From assembly GCA_043228905.1 (NCBI GenBank), contig JBHGNT010000017.1:11532001-11596000 (forward strand): DNA of 64,000 nucleotides. The letters are read 5' to 3'. Source of the stretch: Azolla caroliniana. Its lineage: Eukaryota > Plantae > Polypodiophyta. The translations under genes were made by a program, and so were the position numbers. The notes under the pieces were generated by a model that saw only the letters and a program-made list of their open reading frames with translations, ran no database searches and was not told the origin of the DNA. This document shows, piece after piece, positions 1 through 11,519 of the stretch; the first letter of the stretch is position 1; every line of letters starts with the position of its first letter.

Positions 1-1150
1 TCAAGCTATCCTCGTACCGGACAAGGTGATCATGTTCTTGCGAGCCGTGGACGTCCGGGACCGGAAAGATCTCGGAGTGCTCTTGGAGGACACGACCACG
101 GAGAGTGGCCTCACCGAAACATGGGAAAACGTGCGGGATATCGTCGTGCGATACACGAAGAGGGGGCAATGGCTTGCCAACGAGGAAAAGAGGGTTTCGG
201 AACCGATTCCGAAACCGAGAACCGGATTGGAAGACCATCAACCGAGGGCTCGGGAGACTACAACTGAGAAGGGGATTGATGCATCTACGGTGGAGCAACT
301 ATTTAAGGAGATGGAGAATCTGAAGATCGCAATGGTGAAGAAGTCGAATGACCGCCCCACAAGCTTCAAGTATACGGACCGACGGTGCATATGGTGCGAT
401 AGCGCCGAACACGATCGGAGGGATTGCGACGAGCATAAGGAGGCGCTACGACAGGATCTCATCTACTACGAGGGAAACCAAATTCATTTGATGGACTCTC
501 GGAAGCCACTCCGACTGAACTTCCGGAAAGGCGGCATGAAGAAGGTGCTCGAGGAGGAATTGGCAGCAAGAAGCAACTATGCGACAACCGTGGGAATATG
601 TGTCGGGGAGTCATCGAGAGCGAAGACGTCTTTTTGGCCGACAGTTCTAGAAAACACCTAGAAAACCGACTCCAACAAAGATCCGAAGCACCGCGGAAGG
701 CGTTCGGGAAGCTATGGCATGGGACTGCCCTGTCGACAAGAATAGCGTATACGCCCTGTGTCAATTGCATGAGGTGTATGTGGACGAGAAACGACGACGC
801 ATGGAGGATGCGGCTGGGCCATCGAAGATACCGGAAAGCTGGAACTCCGGAGGTAAGGGAAAAGAAAAGGCGACTCCGGCATTCAAGCTCGCCTCGGACA
901 TAGAACAACAAACCGACTTGAAAAGAGTGTTCGAGGAAAGAATCTTGGATAGTCGGGTAGATTTCTCGCTTCGGGAGCTACTCGGAATAGAAAAGAAGGA
1001 GTTCCATGATCTTCTCGTGGATCTCGTGAAGCGAAAAAGGCAAAGTACGGAGGAAAATGCTCCAAGGGTGAATGCGAACACCGTTTTAATGAACGACACC
1101 GAAGTGGAGGACGAAATTCCGAACTCCCACTATACAAGGCCACATTGGGC
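1..1150 (+). pseudogene. gag: Truncated gag region of a TGTCG-type Ty3/gypsy element (same family as 1363-7151)
   Basis: ORF 26..661 has the zinc knuckle CIWCDSAEHDRRDC (CX2CX4HX4C). It continues in another frame (714..~1150). Bases 1-345 closely match the reverse complement of ~5625-5965. Confidence 0.85.
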
Positions 1151-1311
1151 ACCGACTCTCACCGGCCTTCTTCATCCGGCTCTTGCCGGGTCTCCTTATC
1201 GGTTTCGGTTCTTACCGGTTCCTCCTTCCAGTTCTCACCTTGTACTTCATGTCCTATCCGAAGAGATCAAAAATGTAATTTTTCACGTAGTGTGTGAATT
1301 ACACTACGACA
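1150..1311 (-). repeat. Remnant of the 5' end of a related TGTCG-type LTR
   Basis: 1281-1311 TTTCACGTAGTGTGTGAATTACACTACGACA matches the LTR termini ending at 2061 and 7151. The upstream part differs. Confidence 0.55.
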
Positions 1312-1362
1312 GCGTCAAGGGAATCGTGGGACTAGTTGCAGCAGCTTCTCCATGGTTAACGT

Positions 1363-2061
1363 TGTCGTTCCTTTCGGCTCTGGATCGTTGCGTGAGTCAG
1401 GTGGGAACCGCCTAGGTTTTGGACTAGGAGGAAGAAAAAATACAAATAAGGCTAGTAAAGAATAGGTATAAAGAGTTATAAGATAAGAATCTCGTGAATC
1501 CCACGAGTTTAGTATATTTAGTCAATATTTAGGTAGTAAGAGAGAATTGTTTTAGCAAATTCGTGAATCCCACGAATATATTAGATTGATCAATCCTTGT
1601 ATATTCATCAACAACCTTATACATATTTCTCTCCTCATATAAAGATGGAAGAGGCTAAGCATGGCTTCATGCTTTTTCACCAAAAGTGTCCATGCACACT
1701 AAATGTGCATGTGATGCTTTGTCATTTCCTAAGTATAGGGCTCATGCACGCTAGATGTGCATGAGTCACTTTTAATGTCACGTGTAAATAAAATATTCAC
1801 CCCCTAAAGAATACATGATTTTTACCTTTTAATAAAGGTATGTGTAAATAAAGGTATTGTACGTATTAAATCTATATATAACACTAAAGATAAGTTATTA
1901 CAATGGTAAAGTTGGGGTTTATATACGTGGAGGTGTAGGGTTTGAATCCTGCCCTATGCACGTGATAAATGTTTTGATATATTATTTATTTATTTATATG
2001 TATCTAAAATCGGATATATTATTTTATGGTTTTCACGTAGTGTGTGGAATACACTACGACA
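1363..2061 (-). repeat. 3' LTR (~700 bp)
   Basis: Near-identical to 6449-7151. On the minus strand it is preceded by the PPT AGAGGGGGCGAG. Confidence 0.92.
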
Positions 2062-3527
2062 CTCGCCCCCTCTGAACCCGCACATCCTCCGGTATGTGCC
2101 GAAGTTCTCGATTCCTCATATCCATCTTCACCCAAAGCTTCCTCCAATTCTCCCCTTATGTCGACTATGAGTTGTAATTCACTTTCTTCGCTTCCCGCAT
2201 CACCGTGGTCTTCATCCGATTGCTCCTCGTTGTCGGCCTTGGCTTGGATCACATAGGGTTTGTCGTCGGTCTGCTTCTTGAAAATCTTCACCCGCTTCCC
2301 GGTTATAGGCACTCGTAGTATTGTTCCATCCAACTCGGACAGTCGGTACGTTCCGTTGTCGAAGACTTTCCGAACCTCGTATGGCCCGAACCACCTTTTC
2401 GCGAATTTCTGCATCGTTGTATGTTGATGGTCCAAACTACTGTCATAGACGATCACCCAATCTCCTTCTTCAATCCTCCTTGGTTGTAGTCGGTGCTTTG
2501 TGTCGAACCGGCTTTTGTTCCGGAATCGTGCTTCTTGTTGTTGGCGTATTGCTTCCGCTATGTCTGCCGGTCTTCCCTCTAGTTGTCGTATCCGGATCGC
2601 TAGTAGTTCTTCCCGGCTCATCTCTTCCTTCCACGGTAGCACTGTCCATGTTGCGATCGCAGTTTCCGTCGGCATTACCGGTGCTTGTCCGGTCATGAGT
2701 TTTGCCGGCATGTAACCGGTTACGGAGCTATGAGTTGTCCGATCCGCCCATAGTGCATACGGAAGCATCTGCGGCCAGTCCTTCACCTTTCCATCGCATG
2801 CCTTCGCAAGTGCTTTCACGATCGGACTATGTCCTCGTTCGATTTTCCCATTGGCCTCCGGATTGTATGCCGTTGTCAGCGATAACCAAACTCTGTGTTT
2901 GGCGAAGAATCCCCTAGCTTTGTCCGAGTCGAGTTCTCCCCGGTCCGCAATCACTTGTCCTACGCACCCGTACCTGCAAAATACTTCCTCCAAAAGAAAT
3001 TGGCATACCGCGGAACACGTTTTCCTCTGAAGCGCTCGACCTTCCACTTGATTCGTGAGATCTTCCCGAGCTAATACCAAGTATTTCTTTTGTCCGATCC
3101 CGGTTGGCATGGCCACTATGTCGACCATCCACTTGAAGTTGATTGTCGGTGAGAATGTCGGATGTAACTCATCTCGATGTCGAACCCCGGAGTAGACTTG
3201 ACATTTCTCGCAGCTTTCCGTGAACTCCGCGACATCTTTGTACATTTTCTTCCACCAATATTTTTGCTTGATCTTCACAAATGTTGCCCATGTTCCTCGG
3301 TGTCCAGCCCAATTGGATTCGTGAAACTCGGACATTATCCGGTTTCGTTGCTCTTTTGTCCCGACTACTCGAAGTGGTATACCATCCGGTCTTTTCGACG
3401 CCCTCCATATTAATCCGTTTTCCAAGAAGAACTTTTGGACTTGCCTCTTCTTCCTTCGGATCTCGGCTCTTCTTCCTTTATCGTTTGTTGAATCCTCGGC
3501 CTCTTGTAACATCTTTCCGATCATCAA
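2019..3527 (-). CDS. pol: Integrase portion of pol (zinc-binding, DDE core, GPY/F)
   Basis: HESNWAGH...CEKC; WMVDIV, IADRGE, NGKIERGH; KRWFGPYEV. Confidence 0.9.
   Translation of the reverse strand: MMIGKMLQEAEDSTNDKGRRAEIRRKKRQVQKFFLENGLIWRASKRPDGIPLRVVGTKEQRNRIMSEFHESNWAGHRGTWATFVKIKQKYWWKKMYKDVAEFTESCEKCQVYSGVRHRDELHPTFSPTINFKWMVDIVAMPTGIGQKKYLVLAREDLTNQVEGRALQRKTCSAVCQFLLEEVFCRYGCVGQVIADRGELDSDKARGFFAKHRVWLSLTTAYNPEANGKIERGHSPIVKALAKACDGKVKDWPQMLPYALWADRTTHSSVTGYMPAKLMTGQAPVMPTETAIATWTVLPWKEEMSREELLAIRIRQLEGRPADIAEAIRQQQEARFRNKSRFDTKHRLQPRRIEEGDWVIVYDSSLDHQHTTMQKFAKRWFGPYEVRKVFDNGTYRLSELDGTILRVPITGKRVKIFKKQTDDKPYVIQAKADNEEQSDEDHGDAGSEESELQLIVDIRGELEEALGEDGYEESRTSAHTGGCAGSEGASVVVYSTHYVKTIK
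2062..2073 (-). other. Polypurine tract
   Basis: Plus-strand CTCGCCCCCTCT reads AGAGGGGGCGAG on the minus strand and abuts the LTR TG. Confidence 0.85.
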
Positions 3528-3536
3528 GCTTTCTCC

Positions 3537-5331
3537 CTAGTATTCTTCTTCCCAGAATTCTCGGATTACGTTCACTCGGCATATGTGCTCCGACGCGAAG
3601 TAGTCTTCGGAAACTTCTTCGTTATCCGATTCGGTTATGTCGTCTCCGAACCGAGCCCTTGATAACATATCCGCTACCGCGTTGTCCTTCCCCGAGATGT
3701 GTCGAACCTCCGGATTAAGCGACTTGACATATGCAACCCACTTTAGCATAGCTACATCCGGTTTCATATAACACCGCATCATCCTGAGTATCGGAAGACA
3801 ATCCGTCTCGATCACCACTTCGGCTCCGATCAAATAAACCCGATCCGATTTTATCTCCGACACGACTCCCCATAGTTCTCTTTTGACTTGTGCATATCCA
3901 CGTTGCCTTTCGTTGAGAACCTTTGCTCCGAATCGGATCGGATACTGCGAACCATCCGAGTCGGCTTGATTGATGACCCACCCGATACCGGTTGGACTTG
4001 TATCAACCGTTACTATGATCGGTCGGTCATAGCTCATCTTCTTACGTGCTTCCGCCCTCCGAAGTGTCTTCTTCAATTTCTTCATGGCTTTGGTGTGTTC
4101 CGGTTTCCATTCGAATTTCTTACCTTTCCGCAACAAGTGGTAGAGGGGGTCCGCTATATGTGCATAGTGCGGAATCCATATGTGATAGAATGCACATGCA
4201 CCGAGAAACCTTCGGACTTCGGATGTTGACTCGCATACTTCCTCCATAGCTTGAATCGCATCGATCTTTGTTGGTGACAGTCTTTGGCCGTAGGGCCCAC
4301 ATAGATGTCCGACCACCGATATTTCTTCTTGCCCGAATGCCGATTTCTCCCCAGAAAGTGTTAGGTGCACATCTTCTAGCTTTCGCAACACTTTCTCGCA
4401 ATCATGAATATGGTCGACCACGAACTTTCGGCATCCCCGATCATCCATAGTCTCATCTTTTTCTTCTACTGCGCATCCTTTCATCGGAATGTCATCGAGG
4501 AATGCAGTCTCGAAGCACCTTGTTCATCGTGTTCATCATATGAGCAACCGAGTTTGTCGCTCCTTGTGGTAGTGTGCACATTCGGACTAATCCTATCGGT
4601 GTTCGCATGGTTGTGATGTCTCGGCTCTCCACGGCTAGTTGGAATTGGTCATACCCCGAGTATAGGTCTCCGATGGAGTATATCGCACGACCGTCAAAAG
4701 CTTCCGCAAATTCGTCCACTATCGGACCGACTCCCGAGTTCCGGATCGTGACCTTATTCACCGGTTGCAAGTCTTGGATAAATAGGAGTGATCCATTCTT
4801 CTTCGGAACCGTAAACCATCGATTTGAGTACAGAGGAGTTGATGGCTCTAGAATCCCCATCGCCATCTTCTCCTTGAGCAAGTCAATGACTTTCGGAATA
4901 TGCGCTTGTGGCACCGGAATCGGCTTCAGGTTCCACAGTACATGGTCAATCGTGAAGATCACCATCGGCTCCACTATTCTCGGATCGACGCACCCTATCT
5001 CCCTTGATGTAAATGCAAACGCTTTGCCGTGTTGCTCCAACATCTCGCGAAACTGTTCTTCTTCTTTTTGTAATAGGAACCCACCTCCACCAATCCGAAG
5101 TTTCTTCCGGGTCTCGTCCGTGAAGGCATGTCCGATATCCACGGACTTCCGAAGTGTCGGATCTCCCGAGACTTCTTTCCTCTTTTGTTCGCTATCGGCG
5201 GGTAGTGGTCCTGCGGCCGGTTTCACCTTCTTCTCCACGGTCTTGTATTTCGTACTTACCATTGCTTCTTCTTTGCGGAGCGTATCCGGCTCCATTTTCG
5301 CAATGATCTCGTACATCTCGACTGATTCCAC
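3537..5331 (-). pseudogene. pol: Reverse transcriptase and RNase H portion of pol, frameshifted by a small deletion near FLDD (~4500)
   Basis: RWFTVPKKNG, DLQPVN, DLYSGYDQ, LPQGATNS, then LDDIPMKG in the next frame. RNase H motifs VTVDTS, KRELWG, ETDC, KDNAVADMLSR. Confidence 0.9.
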
Positions 5332-5602
5332 CGGGACTACCCGGTTCCCTTGGCTTTTATCTTCCGCAAGCTCTTCAAGTCATTGTAGCGTGCTCCCATA
5401 GAACACTTCTTCGACGATCCCCATGATTTCTTCATCTTCTTTTATTATTGATGCCGACCGCAACTTATCCTCCACTTGTCGGTATCCTTTCTTCAATCCT
5501 CCGGTTACGGTCGTGTACGTAGATGCCCCATCCGGACCGATTCGTACATGTTTTGCTTCGAGAGTTTTCTTCCTGTGTGGGGTATCAGGGCTTCTCGGAC
5601 TA

Positions 5603-6409
5603 TCACTTCCCCACTCCATCCGAATTCTTCACCATCGCGATCTTCAGATTCTCCATCTCCTTAAATAGTTGCTCCACCGTAGATGCATCAATCCCCTTCT
5701 CGGTTGTAGTCTCCCGAGCCCTCGGTTGATGGTATTCCAATCCGGTTCTCGGTTTCGAAATCGGTTCCGAAACCCTCTTTTCCTTGTTGGCAAGCCATTG
5801 CCCCCTCTTCGTGTATCGCGCGACGATATCCCGCACGCTTTCCCATGTTTCGGTGAGGCCACTCTCCGTGGTCGTATCCTCCAAGAGCACTCGAAGATCT
5901 TTCCGGTCCCGGACGTCCACGGCTCGCAAGAACATGATCACCTTGTCTAGTACGAGGATAGCTTAATCTATCGCGGACAACCTCCCGAACCGGCTTTCGA
6001 ATGCCGAAAACACATCAACGACCTTCAATCCCTTGTCCGGCGTCTCCACCCAATCTTCGAATCCCCTTCGCGTCGCCTTGGAGGAATCCTCGACGGCGAA
6101 CGCCCTCTTTAGCTCTTCTTCAAACGCCTCCCATGTCAGATTTTGTTGTCGTAGCCCATGGATGCTTGCTTGAAGCCCGTCGGTCGCCACCCGGTTGAAG
6201 GATGTCACTTGCAGTCCTTCCGATATTCCGCACCGTAGCATCTCCGCCTTGTAGTCCCGAAGATACCGCAACACGTCTTTCCCGTTGAATTTCCCGTCTC
6301 GTTGCACGAGCCGCTCCACTGATGCCGCTATCTCCGACATCGCGCGTTGTTCTTGTAGCATGCGCTCGAACATCATCATCATGTTGCTAGGCTCCGGTTG
6401 ATTTTCCAT
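5603..6409 (-). pseudogene. gag: gag N-terminal half with a nonsense codon; zinc knuckle and protease deleted at ~5625
   Basis: ORFs 5963..6409 and 5603..5941. TAA at 5963 corresponds to CAA in the copy at position 2. Similarity to the 26..661 ORF ends abruptly after AMVK. Confidence 0.85.
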
Positions 6410-6425
6410 CTCCTTGCCACCCGGT

Positions 6426-6444
6426 ATTCACGTCGGGTTCACCA
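6426..6444 (-). other. Primer-binding site complementary to tRNA-Trp
   Basis: Plus-strand ATTCACGTCGGGTTCACCA matches the recalled 3' end of plant cytosolic tRNA-Trp. It lies 4 nt from the 5' LTR. Confidence 0.85.
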
Positions 6445-6448
6445 ACTG

Positions 6449-7151
6449 TGTCGTACCTTTCAGCTCCGAATCGTTGCGTGAGTCGGGTGGGAACCGCCGA
6501 GGTTTTGGACTAGGAGGAAGAAAAATACAAATAAGGCTAGTAAAGAATAGGTATAAAGAGTTATAAGATAAGAATCTCGTGAATCCCACGAGTTTAGTAT
6601 ATTTAGTCAATATTTAGGTAGTAAGAGAGAATTATTTTAGCAAATTCGTGAATCCCACGAATATATTAGATTGATCAATCCTTGTATATTCATCAACAAC
6701 CTTATACATATTTCTCTCCTCCTTATATAAAGATGGAAGAGGCTAAGCATGGCTTCATGCTTTTTCACCAAAAGTGTCCATGCACACTAAATGTGCATGT
6801 GATGCTTTGTCATTTCCTAAGTATAGGGCTCATGCATGCTAGATGTGCATGAGTCACTTTTAATGTCACGTGTAAATAAAATATTCACCCCCTAAAGAAT
6901 ACATGATTTTTACCTTTTAATAAAGGTATGTGTAAATAAAGGTCTTATACGTATTAAATCTATATATATAACACTAAAGATAAGTTATTACAATGGTAAA
7001 GTTGGGGTTTATATACGTGGAGGTGTAGGGTTCGAATCCTGCCCTAAGCACGTTATAAATGTTTTGATATATTATTTATTTATTTATATGTATCTAAAAT
7101 CGGATATATTATTTTATGGTTTTCACGTAGTGTGTGGAATACACTACGGCA
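6449..7151 (-). repeat. 5' LTR (~700 bp)
   Basis: Direct repeat of 1363-2061, adjacent to the PBS. Confidence 0.92.
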
Positions 7152-7155
7152 ACGT

Positions 7156-8534
7156 GTCAAGGAGGCAAAAAGCTCAGGCCTATCATACAACAGTACTTGA
7201 CGATACTATTCCCACCCGGGGTCTGCCGGCACCGTAGCCTAGCAAGCCCCTGCCGCCACCTCGATCCGCGAAGCGATGGTTAGCAGAGTTAGCCACCACA
7301 AAGTGGGAGGATGAACCCCAACCTGCCCAGCCGAAAACGCGAACAACGCAGGAAGAGCAGGTTGCGCGCACCGAGGAAGTGACACTGGAGCCGGAAACTA
7401 AACCATGACAGGAAAGCCTGAGGCCGAAAAGGCGAAGACTAGACAGGAAAGATGGGTGACGCACTCGCGAGGAAAAACCGTATTGATGGCGGAAAGTGAG
7501 GTCCTGGTGTACCCGGACATTCTGGACATGACCCATGAGTTCGGCACACTATTACAATTCGGAACCTCTTTTTAGCCTATCGAATTCTTGGCAACGCAAC
7601 AGATAAACGTCTCACAACGAATGGCAGAGGAGCACTCAGAGCGCCAAATGATCGAGCGCGCATTAACACAAACGACAAAAAGCGACGATGAGGACTAGTT
7701 AGCCAGAGTTAGTACACAGAGAACGCCGAGCCGAGCTACAAAAGGCCAATGAACGCATCACGGAGTTGCAAACCTCAAGAAATTGCAAACCTCAAGAAAT
7801 CTGTAGAAGAAGCACGCAACCGTTGCCAAGCCATAACAGACAATGTGCGCATCCTTTTGCAAACGAATCGAGAGAGGTTTATGACGCAATTAAAAACGGC
7901 GCTAGACAAAGGATGGATGGCGTGGGCTGCACAAGCGGTGGAATTGCATACGTATCGAGTGGACTAGGAGAACCGAAGGAAAGACGAACGAGGGTTCTAC
8001 AAACTCAATGAGGAAAGCATTGCGGGAGTACTCGAGGACCTAGCGCTAGACTATCGCACGCTAGCGGACCAACATTCCGAGGAACTCGCGCAGCTACTAG
8101 ATGATTTTGGTGAAAGTCAGGAGGACCCGTTTCACCAGATCATGCAAGCCGGCAGCACGCGAACAAACGAGGAATCCATCGCGACACTAATTCTGAATAC
8201 TGCCGAACAAGAGGAACCTCAGGCCATGTCACCAGAAATTACCACTACGGTGAATAGCACGGAACGACGAGCGGAGTTTCCAGCAATACCAAACAACGAA
8301 ACCACTGACCAAGAGGAACCCCACCCACCGGAGCATACGCTTACAGCCGACCGCACGGAGGATATTCTGGACCAAGAGGAACCGCAACCCCACTCCCCAG
8401 AGCGTACAACGACGACCAACATCACGGAGGAAGTGACAGACGAAATAGAGTCGGGACCTACCGCAAGCCTGCGAATGGCGGAACCAACCCCCATAGCCCA
8501 AGAAGAGCCCGCAGAACTCGGACCGCCCACATAG
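7156..8534 (+). pseudogene. Degenerate extra ORF (eORF) of gypsy subfamily B
   Basis: Matches 18600-19790 and 51190-52700 (QGGKKLRP, LQFGT, ALDKGWMAW). Many stops and deletions. Confidence 0.8.
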
Positions 8535-8676
8535 GATGACCGTGAGACCATGAGAAGCCCTCTCGACCAGGCAAAGGAACCACACAACAACGCGCCTATG
8601 GGCCCTACGCCGTTCCCGGACACGGACACCGTAGCAGAACCAAACATCAAGGCCATTTTGGAGGAAGATTAAAGGG

Positions 8677-8717
8677 GTGGGTCCGACGTGCCATGGCACT
8701 ATCCCAGAAGCGTGCCA
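8677..8717 (+). other. tRNA-Arg-like 3' motif at the PPT position (subfamily B, degenerate)
   Basis: GTGGGTCCGACGTGCCATGGCACTATCCCAGAAGCGTGCCA lies directly before LTR sequence. Confidence 0.7.
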
Positions 8718-9116
8718 GAATAGTAACCGACAGACAAGAGCGCAGTAATATGGAATAGAATAATATTCTAACGAATGTAAACGGTTCACGCAGGAAGCGT
8801 GAACGGCTAAAAGACCTTGCGTATATAAAGGGCAGAAAACCTCTGATAGAGGTAGAGTGTAATTTTGAATGTAAAAGGCGTATCTTAATAGAGTTCTATC
8901 TTCTCTGATATCCGTGCCTATCTGTGGTTAATCTATTGTGTGTTTGTAATCCTTAAGAGCGTAGGCGTGAGTAATGGTGTGTGCGCTAGCCCACTTTCTA
9001 AGGAGCTCGATTGTAGCCGTGTCCCTTTACGAGAGGTATCCCACTAAGTATTACGCATAGATGCTACCATACGTTGTCACACATTCACACATAGGCCGTG
9101 TTCCTAATTGGTAACA
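8718..9116 (+). repeat. 3' LTR of subfamily B (first few bases deleted)
   Basis: Similar to the reverse complement of 55280-55755 and to 25496-25635. TATATAAAGGG at ~8822. Ends CCTAATTGGTAACA. Confidence 0.8.
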
Positions 9117-10490
9117 AGGAGACAAAATATCAACTCCCACCAAGACTCGCGTTCTGTTCCGGTCCCCATACATCTGAATGAATACGGTCGAGCTTGTTCT
9201 GGCTACGGTTTTGATCGGTGGGGAATGGAAGCCGGTGTTGCTTCCCGAGTTGACAGGCTTCACATACATGGGCCTTCCAGCCACTAAACTTCGGCAAACC
9301 GAAAACAACTTGTTTCGTTTGCAAGTCTTGAAGCCGCCGGTAATTCATGTGGCCGATCCGTTTGTGCTAGAGATCAATATCCGATTCAATCTTCTGTCCT
9401 TTGGCGAATAACGCGGTGTCGATGTCATTGGTGTTGAGGATGAGCATCCTCCCATCTCTGCGCCCTTGCGCAATGATTTGGCCTTCTTCCTCGATGAAGC
9501 ACCCAAGGTGCGTAAACCGCACCTGCATCCCCTGGTCGACAATCTGTCCAACCAACACCAGGTTCTTCGTGATAGTCAGAATGTGTAATACGTTCATCAG
9601 CTTCCCCCTCTGTCCGACGTGGCTCAAAGGGACTTCTCCGATATGCACGATTGGGTGAGGAGTGTCGTCTCCGGTTTCGACAACTCCCGGTTGTTCCAAT
9701 TGTTCTGGTTTCTCTAGGAAGGAGAACCACTCTTTGTGGCTCATCATGTGATTCAATGCACTGGAATCAACATACCATACTTCCTCCGATTTGGAAGTGG
9801 TCTTCTTCAACGAATTTTCCTCGTGCTTCATCACGAACGCTGGCCCCTTACCGGTCTTCCCGGTTCTGGATCCTTTCGATCCTTGTGCGTAGTGTGAGCT
9901 TTGCCGGTTCTCCCAACCGGTTTTGCCAGATCCAGATCTGTCCGAATCGGCGCGCTTCTTCCAGCACTCGCATTCTTTGTGGCCCTTTTTGCCACAGTAC
10001 CAACATTCTGTGGCGGATTTGTCTTGCCGGCCTCCGACGCCGCCTTGACTCCCCCTGCTTGTGGAAGTCCCAGAACTGTCGTCGGCCCGTTCTCTGTGCC
10101 TTCTTTTATGCTCTTGCCGGCCGCCTCCAGTGCGTGCTGACCCACCTCGTCCCCTACATCCACGGGGCTTATCCACCTCCGTGTACAACATCCGACAGTC
10201 CAATTGAGTGGTCTTGGACCCACTCGCGTGGTTTTCTTCGACCATCAACATCAATTGTAAGTCGAAGAAGGTCAGTGGTTTCTCCCGGGTGTAGATCGTT
10301 GTCTAGATTGGCCCGTACCTTTGCGCTAGACCACCAAAGCATATTTGTACCATTTCGTCTTCGTCCACCGTCACGTTAATGGACCCAACCGCGTCGCAAA
10401 TCTCCTTTATTTTGGTGGTGTAGTTTGTAACTGACATATCTTTTTGTCAGATGTTGTTTAGCACTTGCCGGAGCTGCAACTTACGGGTTG
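9117..10490 (-). pseudogene. Ty1/copia gag-protease-pre-integrase fragment (family of 36587-45013)
   Basis: CWYCGKKGHKECEC knuckle; WYVDSSALNHM protease; CEACQLGKQHR; IHSDVWGP. Confidence 0.88.
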
Positions 10491-10945
10491 TGTGCAGAAG
10501 CGTATGTGCGGAAACGTAAGACAATAGCTTGGCTGCATAGCAGCAGAGAGAGAGAGAGAATAGTACACAGAATACAAGGATTACTCAGGAGAGACAGAGA
10601 GAGATAGAGAGAGCAGAACGTTTAAAAATCTCTTAAAAAACAATAATAGTTCTTTGTTTATGAAATGTGCTCAACAACCCTATTTATACAAGTCTTGAGA
10701 GGACTGACAGAAGTACCGCGTACTTCAATGCTCACTCGAGCGTCTAGCACTGACTACGAGACTATTAACTCTCTAGTAGTCTAGCTGCTACTAGGCTTCC
10801 GGTTACTAATAGATACGACTAATTGGCTCCCCAACTCACCGGCTCACTTGCTCACCGGATCACTGATCCAGCTCATCCTTCCAGATGCCAATCCAGCTTA
10901 GGCTTATTCAGCCGATCCGGATCCGGTTGAGCTTCCCGCTCAACA
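10491..10945 (-). repeat. Copia-type LTR (solo LTR, or 5' LTR of the adjacent fragment)
   Basis: Minus strand starts TGTTGAGCGGGAAGCTCAACCGGATCCGGATCGGCTGA, resembling the LTR starts at 36587 and 44577. Has a TATAAATAGGG box and a CT repeat. Confidence 0.6.
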
Positions 10946-11330
10946 TGTGTGTATGTGTGAGAGAAGAGAGGAGAGGAGAGAAACACAAGATAGATAAGAG
11001 ACAATATGAAGTACTCAAGAAGAAGAAGGAGATGTATATTAACAAGTAGAATATGAGATACAAAATAGCGTTACAAGGAGTCACAACCAACATGATCTGG
11101 AGTAGGAAGGTGCTTTATATAGAGTCACCTTCTCTCTTCATTTACTCACTATAACGTTCACTCTCTCACTAGAGCCTTGAGGAATGTGAAGTCTTACGGT
11201 CATGGGGAATGTGGAACCCATTAATTATGTGTCATAGAATATGAATCTATAACACATAGTTAAATGTGTAGAGAGAGGTGGTGTGACTCTTGACCTTTGA
11301 GTAATCATAGATTCTCAAAAGTTGTGTTCA
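10946..11330 (-). repeat. Probable LTR remnant of another family
   Basis: Minus-strand CTATATAAAGC followed by a CT-rich tract. No partner copy in the window. Confidence 0.35.
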
Positions 11331-11519
11331 CACGTTGCTCAAAAACTCAGCTCTCTCTATCTCTCTGTCTCTCTGTCTCTCTCTGCAACGGTCGTGCTGT
11401 TGTTGCCACGCTGCCGTTTGCGACGTCTGTCGCCACCTGCTACCGTGTTGCACTCTATCTCTCTCCCCACCATCGTGCTGTCGTCTGTTGCCGCGCTGCC
11501 CCCTCTGATGTCCGTACTG

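Larger units (their letters stand above)
1363..7151 (-). mobile_element. Ty3/gypsy LTR retrotransposon, internally deleted (tentatively Selgy/Phygy-like non-chromovirus)
   Basis: Direct repeats at 1363-2061 and 6449-7151 with TGTCGT...ACGACA-type ends. PBS, PPT and gag-RT-RH-INT order are on the minus strand. Flanks are ACGT (1359-1362) and ACGT (7152-7155). Confidence 0.92.

Noticed and set aside
4574-5401. 275-aa plus-strand ORF
   Set aside because: Antisense shadow of the RT coding region, with no independent motifs.
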